A stretch of 64,000 bases of DNA from contig JARRRI010000004.1 of NCBI GenBank assembly GCA_037380845.1, positions 52,252-116,251 of the forward strand, in the 5' to 3' direction. The notes below the pieces were generated by a model. The model was not told where the DNA came from and did no database searches. It saw only the letters and a list, made by a program, of their open reading frames with translations. Within the stretch, counting starts at the first letter, position 1. Every line of letters starts with the position of its first letter. Source of the DNA: Candidatus Sulfobium sp. (GTDB taxonomy: Bacteria > Nitrospirota > Thermodesulfovibrionia > Thermodesulfovibrionales > UBA6898). Made by a program: the position numbers and the translations under genes. Positions 20,002 through 30,696 of this stretch are shown here, in pieces.

Positions 20002-22767
20002 TTACCGCTCCTGCTTTTTTAGTAGTACCACCCCAAGGCCGATGATTACGGGTATGGAAAGAGCCAGAGATACAAAAGCCCCGTGGAGATTAGTGAAGCC
20101 GAGGCCCTTGGAGAAAGTACCGCGTGATATTGTCAGGAAATGTGTGGTCGGGAAGATCCGGCCTATAAAAGCTCCTACGCCTTGCAGGGAGGAAACGGGC
20201 TCGACCATTCCTGACAGCTGAACGGCCGGCAGGATGCTCAGAAAGATCGTGGCAACAAGGGCCGCGACCTGGCTGCGCATGAAAGTCGATATCAACAGCC
20301 CGAAACCTGTGGCGGACATAACATAGAGCAGGGCTCCGCCGCTCAGTGTCAGAAAGCTGCCCTTGCATGGTACACGGAACAGGAAGACCGCCAGCCCTGC
20401 CAACAGCAGGAAATTGATCATGGCAAGCACGATATAGGGGATCTGCTTTCCAACCAGAAACTCCAGGCGGGTGACCGGGGTTACATAGAAATTCACAATG
20501 GATCCCAGTTCCTTCTCACGAACCACCGAAAGAGCGCTGAGAATTGCCGGGATTAAGAACAGGAGTATCGGGATTACCCCCGGGACCATGGCCGGAAGAC
20601 TTGCAATATCGGGATTGTATCGAAAACGGGTCTCGATATTTGCCAGGCCGGGACGAAAAGGAAAGTCAGAGCCCTCTCTCGCCCGCTTGTCAATCCACTG
20701 TTGATTCATACTCTGCAAGTAAACGCGAACCGTTTCTGCGCGAAACGGATTGGCGCCGTCAAGCCAGGCCCCCATCTGGACAGGAGTTCTTCCGCGTGAA
20801 ACATCACGGGTGAATCCGGAAGGGATCTCCATGGCGAGATTGAGCTCGCCCGAGCGCAGGCGTTTTTCCATTTCAGCATAGTCATGCAGCGGAGCCTTTT
20901 CTATAAAATACCGTGAACCGGCAATATTCATAGCGTAATCATGGCTCATTGTGGTTTGATCCCGGTCGAGTACAGCAAAGGTTACATTGTCGATATCCAT
21001 GCTGATGCCGTAGCCCAGTACGAGCATGAGGAAAAAACTGCCGATTGCGGCAAGAGCCAGGCGAATAGGATCGCGGCGAAGTTCAAGCTGTTCGCGTTGG
21101 GTACAGCTGAGCATGCGCCGCAACTTGGTAAAGCAACCGTGCCCTGTCACAGCTGCAACAGATGCGACCTGAGCGGGTACATCTCGCCCGGCATCCACAC
21201 TAATCGGCCGGTTTTCAGACCTGCCTTCCTGGACAGCCTCTTCGAGGTAGCTAATAAAGGCTTCTTCCAGAGTTGCTGCTTTGCGCCTCTGAATAATTTC
21301 TGAAGGCGCATCGCTCACCAGTACCTTACCGGCATGCATGAGTGAAATGCGGTCGCAGCGTTCAGCCTCATTCATAAAATGTGTGGAGATGAAGATAGTG
21401 ACGTTATCGTTACGCGCCAGGTCGATCATGATCTGCCAGAAGGCATCACGCGCCACCGGGTCCACTCCGGAGGTAGGTTCGTCCAGAATAAGCATTTCCG
21501 GGCCATGGATCATCGCCACGGCCAAAGATAGCCGCTGACGCTGCCCCAGAGGCAAGGCCTTCGGCAGGGTATCCATGACTTCGGTCAGGCCAAAACGCTC
21601 TGCCATTTCCTGAACACGCAATTCTACGCGCTCTTTCGGTATACTGAATAGTCTCGCGTGCAATTCCAGATTCTGACGCACGGTTAGTTCAGCGTAAAGT
21701 GAAAAGGCCTGGGTCATGTAGCCGACGCGCCGGCGTGTATTGAGATCGTGAGGGTCAACCGTCCGCCCAAAGAGCCATGCCTGTCCCTCGCTGGGAGGCA
21801 ACAGGCCGGTTAACATCTTCATGGTAGTGGTTTTTCCGCATCCGTTGGAACCCAGGAAGCCGAAGATCTCCCCTCGATTTATTTGGAAGCTCACATGGTC
21901 TACAGCCACAAAATTGCCGAACTTCATGGTGAGGTCCCGTGCCTCAATGGCTGTTTCGCCCTTTTCGCCCTGATATCCGGAAATGATGACGGGCCGATGG
22001 TCTTTACGCTCCGCAGGCGGCAATAAATCGATAAAGGCCTCCTCCAGAGTATGAGCCCCGGTACGATCCAGAAAATCCTGTGGGGCGCCCGTGGCAAGGA
22101 CCCGGCCGGCGCTCATTGCAACAAGCCATTCCATTCGCATGGCCTCATCCATGTAGGCGGTGGCCACGAGCACGCTGATCCCGGGCCGGGTTTCGCGGAC
22201 ACGATCTATTAGTTCCCAAAACTGGCGGCGCGACAGCGGGTCGACACCGGTGGTCGGCTCATCCAGGATCAAAAGATCAGGATCATGGATCAGCGCACAG
22301 CAAAGGCCGAGCTTCTGTTTCATACCGCCCGAGAGCTTGCCTGTGGGGCGCCCGGCAAAGGGCGCAAGAGCAGTGGCTTCGAGCATGTATGAAATACGCC
22401 GTACACGTTCGCTGCCGCCGAATCCGAACAGTCTGCCGAAAAAGTCGAGATTTTGGAATACGGATAGAGTGGGATAAAGATTCTTTCCCAAACCTTGCGG
22501 CATATAGGCGACGCGCGGCAATAACTCGGTCCGGCTGTGCGCGTTGGAGATATCCCGGCCCAAAACCGAGACCTGTCCCGACTGGATTACCCTTGCGCCC
22601 GCAATCAATGAGAACAGGCTTGATTTGCCCACCCCGTCCGGGCCGATAAAACCAACCATGCGGCCCGCCGGCACGTCAAGGCTTACGGCTTTCAGGGCTT
22701 CCTTTTTTCTATATCGCAGACCCACATTGGTCAGGTGGACAACTGAGTCAGAGAGCGGTTTGTTCAC
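20002..22767 (-). CDS. rbbA: Dual-ATPase ABC transporter fused to permease (RbbA/YhiH)
   Basis: GPDGVGKS and GSNGCGKT Walker A, two LILDEPT, C-terminal ABC-2 membrane domain; GTG start overlaps HlyD stop (GTGA). Confidence 0.88.
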   Translation of the reverse strand: MNKPLSDSVVHLTNVGLRYRKKEALKAVSLDVPAGRMVGFIGPDGVGKSSLFSLIAGARVIQSGQVSVLGRDISNAHSRTELLPRVAYMPQGLGKNLYPTLSVFQNLDFFGRLFGFGGSERVRRISYMLEATALAPFAGRPTGKLSGGMKQKLGLCCALIHDPDLLILDEPTTGVDPLSRRQFWELIDRVRETRPGISVLVATAYMDEAMRMEWLVAMSAGRVLATGAPQDFLDRTGAHTLEEAFIDLLPPAERKDHRPVIISGYQGEKGETAIEARDLTMKFGNFVAVDHVSFQINRGEIFGFLGSNGCGKTTTMKMLTGLLPPSEGQAWLFGRTVDPHDLNTRRRVGYMTQAFSLYAELTVRQNLELHARLFSIPKERVELRVQEMAERFGLTEVMDTLPKALPLGQRQRLSLAVAMIHGPEMLILDEPTSGVDPVARDAFWQIMIDLARNDNVTIFISTHFMNEAERCDRISLMHAGKVLVSDAPSEIIQRRKAATLEEAFISYLEEAVQEGRSENRPISVDAGRDVPAQVASVAAVTGHGCFTKLRRMLSCTQREQLELRRDPIRLALAAIGSFFLMLVLGYGISMDIDNVTFAVLDRDQTTMSHDYAMNIAGSRYFIEKAPLHDYAEMEKRLRSGELNLAMEIPSGFTRDVSRGRTPVQMGAWLDGANPFRAETVRVYLQSMNQQWIDKRAREGSDFPFRPGLANIETRFRYNPDIASLPAMVPGVIPILLFLIPAILSALSVVREKELGSIVNFYVTPVTRLEFLVGKQIPYIVLAMINFLLLAGLAVFLFRVPCKGSFLTLSGGALLYVMSATGFGLLISTFMRSQVAALVATIFLSILPAVQLSGMVEPVSSLQGVGAFIGRIFPTTHFLTISRGTFSKGLGFTNLHGAFVSLALSIPVIIGLGVVLLKKQER

Positions 22768-23837
22768 TTCAGTATATTTCTGTCCAGAAAAGGCGGCCAT
22801 GGAGTTCCTGAATTAAGCCGTAGATAAGCCACACCCGGCAGCCCCGTTTTGACCTGGGTAATGTGCTTCTTCAGCAAATCGGGGGGTAACTGCGCTTTAA
22901 TGCGAAAGACCAGCTTCTCACGTTCCTGCTCTGTTTCGACCGATTTAGGCGTAAACTGTGCAACATCGGCTACAAAGGACACCCTGGCGGGAATCACGTA
23001 TTGGGGGCTTGCATCCAGTATCAAACGCACTTCACTCCCAATTGCTACCCGCCCCGCAGCCGCTTCGGGCAGGAAGAAAGTCATGTATACGTCACTGAGG
23101 TCTATCAGCTCCAGGACCCTGCCCCCGGCGCCAAGCACCTCACCGGGCTCAGCTATGCGGTATTGCACCCGTCCGTCGCAGGGCGCCTTAAGGGCGCTGT
23201 CATCGATGTCTGCCTGTATCCGATTTGTCGTCTCCTTTGCCGCGGCTTGAGCCGATTGTGCCCCGAGGATCTGGCATTTGGCATTGTCAATATTTGCTTC
23301 TGCGGCCTTCACCTCGGCCTGAGCGGCAATATATGCGGCGTCAGCCCTCCGAAAATTTGCAAGATCATCATCCAAAGCCTGGACGGCTACTAATTCTTTG
23401 GATACCAGGGTTTTCGTACGTGCCAGGCGTATTTTCGCGACGTCAAGCTCGGCCTTTCGCTGAGCCACAACCGCGACTGCGGCGTTTTTTTCTGCAACCC
23501 TTTGTGCCAAGGCGCTATTGGCGTTTGCCACTTTACTTTTCGCTTGTTGCAGATTCGCCTCTGCCTCTCTGAGCTGCGCTTCGAGCACCTGTGTATCCAG
23601 ATGCGCCAATATCTGTCCGGGAGTTACAAAATCTCCTTCCTTCACCAGAACATCTTTTACACGGCCAGGCAATTTGGCTGCTATGTCAATCTTTACGGCT
23701 TCTATCCGGCCATTGCCTTTGGCAAGGTCTTCATTTTTTTGATTCAGGGCAAATCTTTTGACCGCCAATAGGGCCAAGGCGCATACCAACAGAAGCAGTG
23801 CGGCTCTGCTGAACCATTTCTTCCGGGTGGTTGTCAT
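22764..23837 (-). CDS. HlyD-family periplasmic adaptor (YhiI-like)
   Basis: TM anchor, GNGRIEA, lipoyl-like VKEGDFV, coiled coil, [10 protein letters not shown]. Confidence 0.88.
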   Translation of the reverse strand: MTTTRKKWFSRAALLLLVCALALLAVKRFALNQKNEDLAKGNGRIEAVKIDIAAKLPGRVKDVLVKEGDFVTPGQILAHLDTQVLEAQLREAEANLQQAKSKVANANSALAQRVAEKNAAVAVVAQRKAELDVAKIRLARTKTLVSKELVAVQALDDDLANFRRADAAYIAAQAEVKAAEANIDNAKCQILGAQSAQAAAKETTNRIQADIDDSALKAPCDGRVQYRIAEPGEVLGAGGRVLELIDLSDVYMTFFLPEAAAGRVAIGSEVRLILDASPQYVIPARVSFVADVAQFTPKSVETEQEREKLVFRIKAQLPPDLLKKHITQVKTGLPGVAYLRLNSGTPWPPFLDRNILK

Positions 23838-23965
23838 AGTCTTCCTATAGCGGGAGCTCCCCGCCTTTGTTCCCCAAAAAGTCTGCCGGCTTTTCGGGGG
23901 CCCCTCCCTCACGGGAGAGGGGTAAAGTCAAAGAGGACAATGTTTATACGTCATTCAATAATTCC

Positions 23966-23994
23966 TTTTTATCACGTGCATATTCCCATGTCAA
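23966..23994 (-). promoter_or_regulatory. Putative sigma70 promoter of HlyD-rbbA-yhhJ operon
   Basis: TTGACA-17 nt-TAAAAA on minus strand. Confidence 0.5.
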
Positions 23995-24331
23995 CTTTTA
24001 CGGACGCCCGCGTCCTCACCTGTGACAAGAGTTTAAATGGACAAAGTTCTTTGCACCAGATTCCCGGCGGCTCGCTGAGGGGGAGGATCAATTACGGAAG
24101 TGTTTTATATTTTTCCTTCTTTTGGGTTCTGTGCCGGCAGGGGGTCGGACTTCTGAGGAGGAGAGGAGATCAGAAAGCAGATTTAACGATGACCAGAGAC
24201 GTATGACCGTGAAGGAAGTTATAGAAATAGCGAAAGAGTGCCAGCAACGGGCCTTGGTCTTTTTACATGGTCTTTGTCTCTCTTATCTTGTCCCCGCATA
24301 AAGACAACAACATCCATACAGCACCACGGGA

Positions 24332-25770
24332 CTAAGGCCCTACGACTGATTTTCTGTTCCCCATTTTCCATTTCCCGAGCAGACCATTCATATCCCCATT
24401 GGGAAGGTAACTCCCGTATATCTTCTCGAATGTGCCATCCTTTTTCATTTCATCCAGTGTTGACTGCCATTTCTTAACCATCTCCGGCGAGGTTCCAAGC
24501 GACATCGCGATGTAAAAATAGGTGCTGCTTAAAGTATAGAGCGGTTCCAGGTCGTCCATGTTGTATCCGGCATTTCTTACAATCTGCGGGACCGTGATAT
24601 CGGTAAAGACGGAAAGCTGGACTTCCCCCCTCATCAGCTTTCGGACGTTGTCGACCGGTAGCGGTGAACTGATCAGATTTGTAAAGCCTCTACTCTTGAG
24701 GTCCTGTTCGGTAAACCAGTTGGAGGTTGTGCCGATGGCGGCCACCTTTCTGGCATCGTCGATGCTCTTTACCCTGATGCTGGAACCCTTCTTTGCGTAA
24801 AAGATCGCGCTATTTTTTCCCACCGGTCCCACCCATTGAAACAGCTTCTCCCGTTTATGCGTCTTCTCGGCGCTGAAGAGCACCACATTCGGATTACTCA
24901 GTGCCACTTTGTACGCCTCATCCCAAGACGTCAAGCGGATGTTGTCCGGAATACCTTGCCTGGCACATATTTCCCTGACGATATCCGTGACGAAACCGGT
25001 GATCTTTCCATTCTTCATGAAGGTCACCGGTGGATATTCCTCAGTCATCATGTTAATGACTCCTGGCGGCATTTCATCGGGAAGCCATTTCGCATAGATC
25101 TGCCTGAAGGCGCCTGTGGCTTTCATCTCATCAAGCGTCTTTTGCCACAGGGTAATCAGTTTGGGCGACGTGCCTTTCGAAAAAGCTATGTAGAGCATGT
25201 TCGTGGAGAGGTTCAGGACGCTTTCCACATCATCCATCGTAGCATTGACCCGTTTCAGCAATGCCGGCATCGTGATGTTGCTGCCGGGAAACAGTTGCGC
25301 CTTGCCGTTGAGCAGTTCCCCTATGGCGATCTCTTGCGTTGCAACGCTTTCCAGGTTCGAGAACCCTTTCTTCCTTAAGAATTGCTCCATGTACTCATCC
25401 TTCACAACAACGATATGGGGAATTTTGCAAAGGCAATCGGACCCACCCACCGGAGAAAGGGTTTACGCTCCGGCGTCATCGCAACGGAGAAAAGAGCCAC
25501 ATTCGGCTTCTCCATAACCGCCTTATATCCCTGTTCCCACGTCACAAGCTGAATGTCTGCGCGAATGTGGGTCCTTTTCACCAGCTCCTGAACCACCTCC
25601 GTCGCCAGGCCGGATAGCTTTCCTTTTTCAGCGAAGTTCATAGGAGGGTATGTCTCTGTATAAATTTTCAGATCAACCGTTCTTATAGTATCAGCCTCAG
25701 TTGTTGTCCATGCATACCCAACAAGGAAGAATGAACTCAACAGCAATGACAAGAACCGGATTTTATTCAT
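24332..25770 (-). pseudogene. Tandem family-3 substrate-binding protein broken by an internal deletion/frameshift
   Basis: 5' ORF (signal peptide, TETYPP..WVGPIAF) continues in another frame (KIPHIVVVKD..); the intact second repeat shows ~20 residues are missing at ~25425. Confidence 0.75.
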
Positions 25771-25818
25771 AAATTCTTTCCTCTCTGGTGACTACAGCTG
25801 GCCGGCCCAATGTCGGCA

Positions 25819-27366
25819 TTACGCCAGAAGCATCTCTATCAAATGAGGGCCTGGCTCGGCCAAAGCGCGCCGGATTTCCTCTGCCAGTTGATCCCCGGTG
25901 TTAACCGAAACTGCCGGAACCCCCATGGCTAAGGCCATTTCAGTCCAGTTGATATGGGGGTTTTCGATATCAATAAGTGAGCTGACGTTGGGACCGGGAG
26001 TTTTGATGCCGGCCCTTTCCAGTTCCAGTTTCAGGATATTATAACGACGGTTGGAACATATCAATGTAGTTATGTTTAAGCCCTGCCTGGCTTGGGTCCA
26101 TAATGCCTGCACAGTATACATGGCGCTTCCATCGGCCTCCAGGTTGATAACCGGCCTGTCCGGACACGCCACGGCCGCGCCTGTTGAACATGGCATGCCG
26201 TGCCCTATGGCGCCGCCGGCGATAGTCATCATCGTATGCGGCAGTAAGCCACAGCTTAAAGAGTAATAGGGAAAGGCAGATGACACTCCCTCATCTACGA
26301 TGATCGCCCCTTCAGGCTGCACCGCCGCAAGCGTCTGACACGCCTTTTCGGCTGTAAGCTCTCCCCTGGCTAAAGAGGGATAGTTCCGTGCCGCCGTTGT
26401 TTCCGGTGTAATATTCCTGGAGCAGCCCAGGGCGTCGGCCAGACATTCCAGGGCCTCAATGGTGTTCTGTTTACCGGAATCTATAAGAACCCGGGGCTGA
26501 TCCTCGGAAAGCAATCTGCCTCTGATGCCCTTGTAGCCGAAAAATCCTACCGGCTCCCTGGTACCGCATATCACCACGGCTTCATAGCCGGAAAGGAGCT
26601 CTATTGCCGGTTCCGGGAAATAGGGGATACGGGTTATTTCAGGCAAACCCACGCCTCTTTCCATATAGCCCGGCAGGTAATCAGTGAGAAGGTCGCATCC
26701 CTTAAGCGCCCTGATACGCGCCGCAGCCTCAAGACCCCGCTTGCGCAAAGCCCTCCCCCCTATAATTAGTGCCACCTTACGGTTTTTCGTCATGATCTGA
26801 ACCGCTTTTTCGATGCTGCCGGTCTCGATCCGTTCGAATTCAAAACCGGGAATGGCGACCTTATCGTCTGCAATTTCTGCCTGTTGATAGTCGTTGGGTA
26901 TTATCAGGGTGGATATTTGTCCATAGAGGGAGGCTTCAAAGGCGTCAGCCAGATCCCGTGATAACTCCCGGGAAGACCGGCTCGTCTTGTACCATCCCGA
27001 TATCGTACCGGCAAGGGCCTCGATGTTCATTGCAAGAGGGGCATCCAGAGGGATATGCTCCATAGTATGTTCGCCGACCAGATTCAATAATGGAGTTTTT
27101 GCCCTTTTGGCGTTGTGCAGGTAGGCAACTCCGTTGGCAAGGCCGGGACCCAAATGAAGCAGGGTCATGGCCGGTTTATCCATCATCCTGCCGTAGCCAT
27201 CTGCCGCCCCGGTACAGACACCTTCAAACAGCCCCAATACAGGTTTAACACCCGGTTCCGTATCAAAGGCCAAAGCCAACGGCGTCTCCGTAGTCCCGAA
27301 GTTACTGAAGCATACTTCAATACCAGCCTTCCTGGCCGTTCTCATTATCATCTCTGCACCGTTCAT
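25819..27366 (-). CDS. ThDP-dependent enzyme (acetolactate synthase large subunit/benzoylformate decarboxylase-like)
   Basis: MNGAE, LLHLGPGLANG, GGAIGHG, ADGSAMYTVQALWT...NRRY ThDP motif; SD GGAGG. Confidence 0.88.
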   Translation of the reverse strand: MNGAEMIMRTARKAGIEVCFSNFGTTETPLALAFDTEPGVKPVLGLFEGVCTGAADGYGRMMDKPAMTLLHLGPGLANGVAYLHNAKRAKTPLLNLVGEHTMEHIPLDAPLAMNIEALAGTISGWYKTSRSSRELSRDLADAFEASLYGQISTLIIPNDYQQAEIADDKVAIPGFEFERIETGSIEKAVQIMTKNRKVALIIGGRALRKRGLEAAARIRALKGCDLLTDYLPGYMERGVGLPEITRIPYFPEPAIELLSGYEAVVICGTREPVGFFGYKGIRGRLLSEDQPRVLIDSGKQNTIEALECLADALGCSRNITPETTAARNYPSLARGELTAEKACQTLAAVQPEGAIIVDEGVSSAFPYYSLSCGLLPHTMMTIAGGAIGHGMPCSTGAAVACPDRPVINLEADGSAMYTVQALWTQARQGLNITTLICSNRRYNILKLELERAGIKTPGPNVSSLIDIENPHINWTEMALAMGVPAVSVNTGDQLAEEIRRALAEPGPHLIEMLLA

Positions 27367-27824
27367 GGACAACCTCCGCTTTTCTCCGGATCATTACACC
27401 TATCTGACTGCCGGGATCTCCTTAGTCCGGATTCTCTGCTTTGTAACCAAAGAAGACAATATGGGCGTGCATCGTCGCACCTCCTTTTTTTACCTGATGA
27501 AAGCTGTCGGTCCCCTCGTGATGGATTTCATCTTCCCCGATGGTCCTTTTTTGAACTGACTTGTCCGGAAACGGACTATCTTACTCAAAATGTAACGCGA
27601 AGGATGGAGACTGTCAAATCAGCTGTTCACAGGACGTTCCGGACACATCTTTTGGGACACATCCCATTTTTCCTGACCTTTCAGAAAAAGACAGTCTTTA
27701 AAAATCCTCACCTGTTTTTGTATCCTAATTAAGGATTTTATAAAGGAAGAGGCACAGATCCGTCTCCTCCCTTTGAGAGAAGGGGAGGAGGCGTTGCCAC
27801 GACAAGCGCTTAAGAGGAGGTTTC

Positions 27825-29081
27825 ATGGACATTGCTGCATACGTTCGTTCGAAGGCCGGGGAGGCGAAAAACGGGGCCCGTTCCCTCGCCAGGCTTTCTT
27901 CGACTCAGAAAAATAGCGCCCTGACGAGGATGGCCGGGGCGATAAGGAGGCGCGGGAAGGAGCTTCAGAAGGAAAACAGGAAGGACCTTGAGTATGCCCG
28001 CAAAAAAGGTCTTTCGAAGGCGATGATAGACAGGCTGACTCTCACCACAAAGAGGATAGAGGAGATGGCCCGGGGGCTCGAGGAGGTTGCCGCATTGCCG
28101 GATCCGGTCGGCGAGATCATCGGGATGAGGCAGCGTCCCAACGGGATGACCCTCGGAAAGATGCGCGTTCCTATAGGGGTGATCGGCATCATATACGAAT
28201 CGCGGCCTAACGTCACCGCAGATACCACGAGTCTCTGCCTGAAGTCCGGCAACGCGGTAGTGCTTCGGGGAGGCTCCGAGGCCATCAACTCCAACAGGGC
28301 GATTGTGAAGATCCTGAGGGACGCCGTAAAGGCGGAAGGCATCCACGAAGGCGCCGTTACCTTTATTGATATCCCCGACAGGGAGGCGGTCATGGAGCTC
28401 CTGAAGCTGGAGGGTATAGTGGACCTCATCATCCCCCGGGGCGGAGAAGGGCTGATACGGGCGGTGACCGAAAATTCGCGCATACCCGTCCTGAAACACT
28501 ATAAAGGGGTCTGCCATGTCTTTGTAGACAGCGATGCAGATCTGTCGATGGCGGAAGACATATGCTTTAACGCGAAGGTGCAGAGGCCGGGGACCTGTAA
28601 CGCGATGGAAACCATGCTGGTGGACAAAAAGGTCGCAAAACGTTTCCTCCCCGGGATGGCAAAGAGGTTCCGGCAGGCAGGCGTAGTCATCAAGGGATGT
28701 CCGGAAACGAGGAAGGTCGTCCCTTCTGTCGACAGGGTCAAGGAGGAGGATTATTATCGCGAATACCTGGACCTGGTCCTTAACGTCAGGGTAGTGAAGG
28801 ACATCGATATCGCTATGGAGCATATCGCCCGATACGGTTCGTCCCACTCCGACACGATCGTCACCAGGGATTATGCAAAGGGGATGAGGTTTTTGAGGGA
28901 GGTAGATTCTTCGGCAGTTTTCATCAATGCCTCCACCCGGCTCAATGACGGCTACCAGTTCGGTTTGGGGGCCGAGATCGGGATCTCCACGGACAAGATA
29001 CACGCCAGGGGCCCGATGGGTCTTGAGGAACTTACCTGTACAAAGTTCATCGTCCTTGGCAACGGACAACTGCGTGAGTAG
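27825..29081 (+). CDS. proA: Gamma-glutamyl phosphate reductase
   Basis: IIYESRPNVT, LRGGSEA, PGTCNAME, NASTRLNDG, GISTDKIHARGPMGL. Confidence 0.96.
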   Translation: MDIAAYVRSKAGEAKNGARSLARLSSTQKNSALTRMAGAIRRRGKELQKENRKDLEYARKKGLSKAMIDRLTLTTKRIEEMARGLEEVAALPDPVGEIIGMRQRPNGMTLGKMRVPIGVIGIIYESRPNVTADTTSLCLKSGNAVVLRGGSEAINSNRAIVKILRDAVKAEGIHEGAVTFIDIPDREAVMELLKLEGIVDLIIPRGGEGLIRAVTENSRIPVLKHYKGVCHVFVDSDADLSMAEDICFNAKVQRPGTCNAMETMLVDKKVAKRFLPGMAKRFRQAGVVIKGCPETRKVVPSVDRVKEEDYYREYLDLVLNVRVVKDIDIAMEHIARYGSSHSDTIVTRDYAKGMRFLREVDSSAVFINASTRLNDGYQFGLGAEIGISTDKIHARGPMGLEELTCTKFIVLGNGQLRE

Positions 29082-29110
29082 CTTTGTCAGGGGTAGAAAT
29101 ACCGTCTCTC

Positions 29111-29176
29111 TTCGGGTGACGCCCCCGCCTCCGGCATCCCCTCTTAAGACGAGAGGGGGGGAGTTATGATCCCCGG
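29111..29176. repeat. CCCCTCT/AGAGGGG palindromic repeat, copy 1
   Basis: Close match to 33001-33071 (GGGTRACGCCCCYGCCTYCGGCATCCCCTCTTAAGA..AGAGGGGG..GAGTTATGAT). Confidence 0.75.
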
Positions 29177-29221
29177 CTTCCTGACAGCGCCGCGTCCGGG
29201 CGCTTTCCACATGAAGGTGAA

Positions 29222-29890
29222 ATGAAGATCGGCATATTAGGGGGGACCTTCAACCCTGTTCACTTCGGACATCTCAGGGCCGCCGAGGAGGTGCGGGAAG
29301 TCCTGGGCCTTGAAAGGGTCCTCTTTATCCCTTCAGGCAACCCACCCCTCAAGACGGAGGGGCTCGCGGATGCTTCACACCGGTACGGGATGGTGAAGCT
29401 GGCTGCGGCCGGCAACCGGTTTTTCGATGTCCTCGATATCGAGTGCGCCAGGCCGGGGAAGTCCTATACCGTCGATACTGTGAAGACGCTGAAAGAGCAA
29501 TATAGCGGCGCGGACCTGAATTTCATCCTGGGCATTGATGCATTTCTGGACCTGCCCAACTGGTATGAACCCGAAGAGCTGGTTTCCCTGGTCGATTTTG
29601 TCGTCCTGTCGAGGCCGGGGGCACTTTTTGCCGACCTGCTCTCTTCGCCCTATCTGTCCGCGGGGAGGGAATGCCTGGCGGACCTTGATAACGGCGAGGT
29701 CGTGTCATGCACCCTGAAATTGCGCTCTTCAAGGGACATCATATTGACCCGGGTAACGCCCATGGCGATATCTTCGACGGACATCAGAATGCGTGTCAAA
29801 AAGAGATTGACCGTAAAATACCTGTTGCCAGAGAATGTCGAATCCTTTATAATTTCTAACAGGCTGTATTCGGCCAAAGAAGACGCTTGA
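29222..29890 (+). CDS. nadD: Nicotinate-nucleotide adenylyltransferase
   Basis: GGTFNPVHFGH, SYTVDT, ISSTDIR. Confidence 0.95.
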   Translation: MKIGILGGTFNPVHFGHLRAAEEVREVLGLERVLFIPSGNPPLKTEGLADASHRYGMVKLAAAGNRFFDVLDIECARPGKSYTVDTVKTLKEQYSGADLNFILGIDAFLDLPNWYEPEELVSLVDFVVLSRPGALFADLLSSPYLSAGRECLADLDNGEVVSCTLKLRSSRDIILTRVTPMAISSTDIRMRVKKRLTVKYLLPENVESFIISNRLYSAKEDA

Positions 29891-29918
29891 AATCAGGACC
29901 GAAAGAGAGGATATTTCC

Positions 29919-30308
29919 TTAGAAAGTAAAGAAATCGCGCTTGAAGCGGCAAGACAGGCGCTCAGAAAAAAGGCTGCAGATCTCATCATACTCGAACTGA
30001 CCGGGCTCACGGTAATTGCCGATTACTTTGTGATCTGCTCGGGAGAAAGTGTCACGCAGGTAAAGGCTATAGCCGAATCCATAGAAGAGGAATTTGCACG
30101 GAAGGGGATAAGGCCCCTCGGGATAGAAGGGCTGGATTACAGTCACTGGGTGCTCCTGGACTACGGCGACGTCATCATCCATGTTTTTGAAAAAGAGACA
30201 CGGTCCTACTACGCACTCGAAAAGCTCTGGATGGACGCAAAGACCATAGAGGTACATGAAGATACACCTGATATGGGTGGGAAAGACAAAAGAGCAGTTC
30301 GCTATTGA
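29919..30308 (+). CDS. rsfS: Ribosome silencing factor; no canonical start codon
   Basis: KKAADLIILEL..IADYFVICSG, WVLLDYGDVIIHVF, YALEKLW; homologous sequence extends upstream of GTG 30030; start coordinate inferred. Confidence 0.88.
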   Translation, partial: LESKEIALEAARQALRKKAADLIILELTGLTVIADYFVICSGESVTQVKAIAESIEEEFARKGIRPLGIEGLDYSHWVLLDYGDVIIHVFEKETRSYYALEKLWMDAKTIEVHEDTPDMGGKDKRAVRY

Positions 30309-30696
30309 GGGAGTTCGGAAGTATCTCGGGCGGTTGAAGTCTTATGCTGACGTGAGAGTGACGGAGATCAGGGAAGAAAAGGTAAAGGACTCGCACAGGA
30401 TGCTGGAACGGGAAGGAGAGAGGATCCTCAAACTCCGGACGCCTTACGTACTCCTTGACGAAAAGGGAAAGATGCTTACATCCACACGTTTTGCTGAATT
30501 TGTCTTTTCACACGGGCCGGAAATCAGTTTTGTGGTCGGGGGCGCATACGGGGTTTCTGAACAGGTGAAAAAGGCGGCGCGGGAAACTGTCGCGTTGTCG
30601 AAGATGACATTCACTCATGATATGGCGCGTATTTTTCTTTTGGAACAGATATACAGGTCTTTTACGATTGTTAACAGGAGGGGTTACCATCACTGA
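30256..30696 (+). CDS. rlmH: 23S rRNA m3Psi1915 methyltransferase
   Basis: VGKTKE, LDEKGK, GGAYG, SKMTFTH, EQIYRS, YHH. Confidence 0.93.
   Translation: MKIHLIWVGKTKEQFAIEGVRKYLGRLKSYADVRVTEIREEKVKDSHRMLEREGERILKLRTPYVLLDEKGKMLTSTRFAEFVFSHGPEISFVVGGAYGVSEQVKKAARETVALSKMTFTHDMARIFLLEQIYRSFTIVNRRGYHH

Noticed and set aside
23940..24477. Short ORFs 23940-24206 and 24238-24477
   Set aside because: No recognisable motifs; they overlap a promoter region and a pseudogene end
15318..27776. TCCCTTTGA at both edges of the accessory patch as att sites or target duplication
   Set aside because: Only 9 bp, the right copy is part of a repeat hairpin, and there is no integrase; chance is likely
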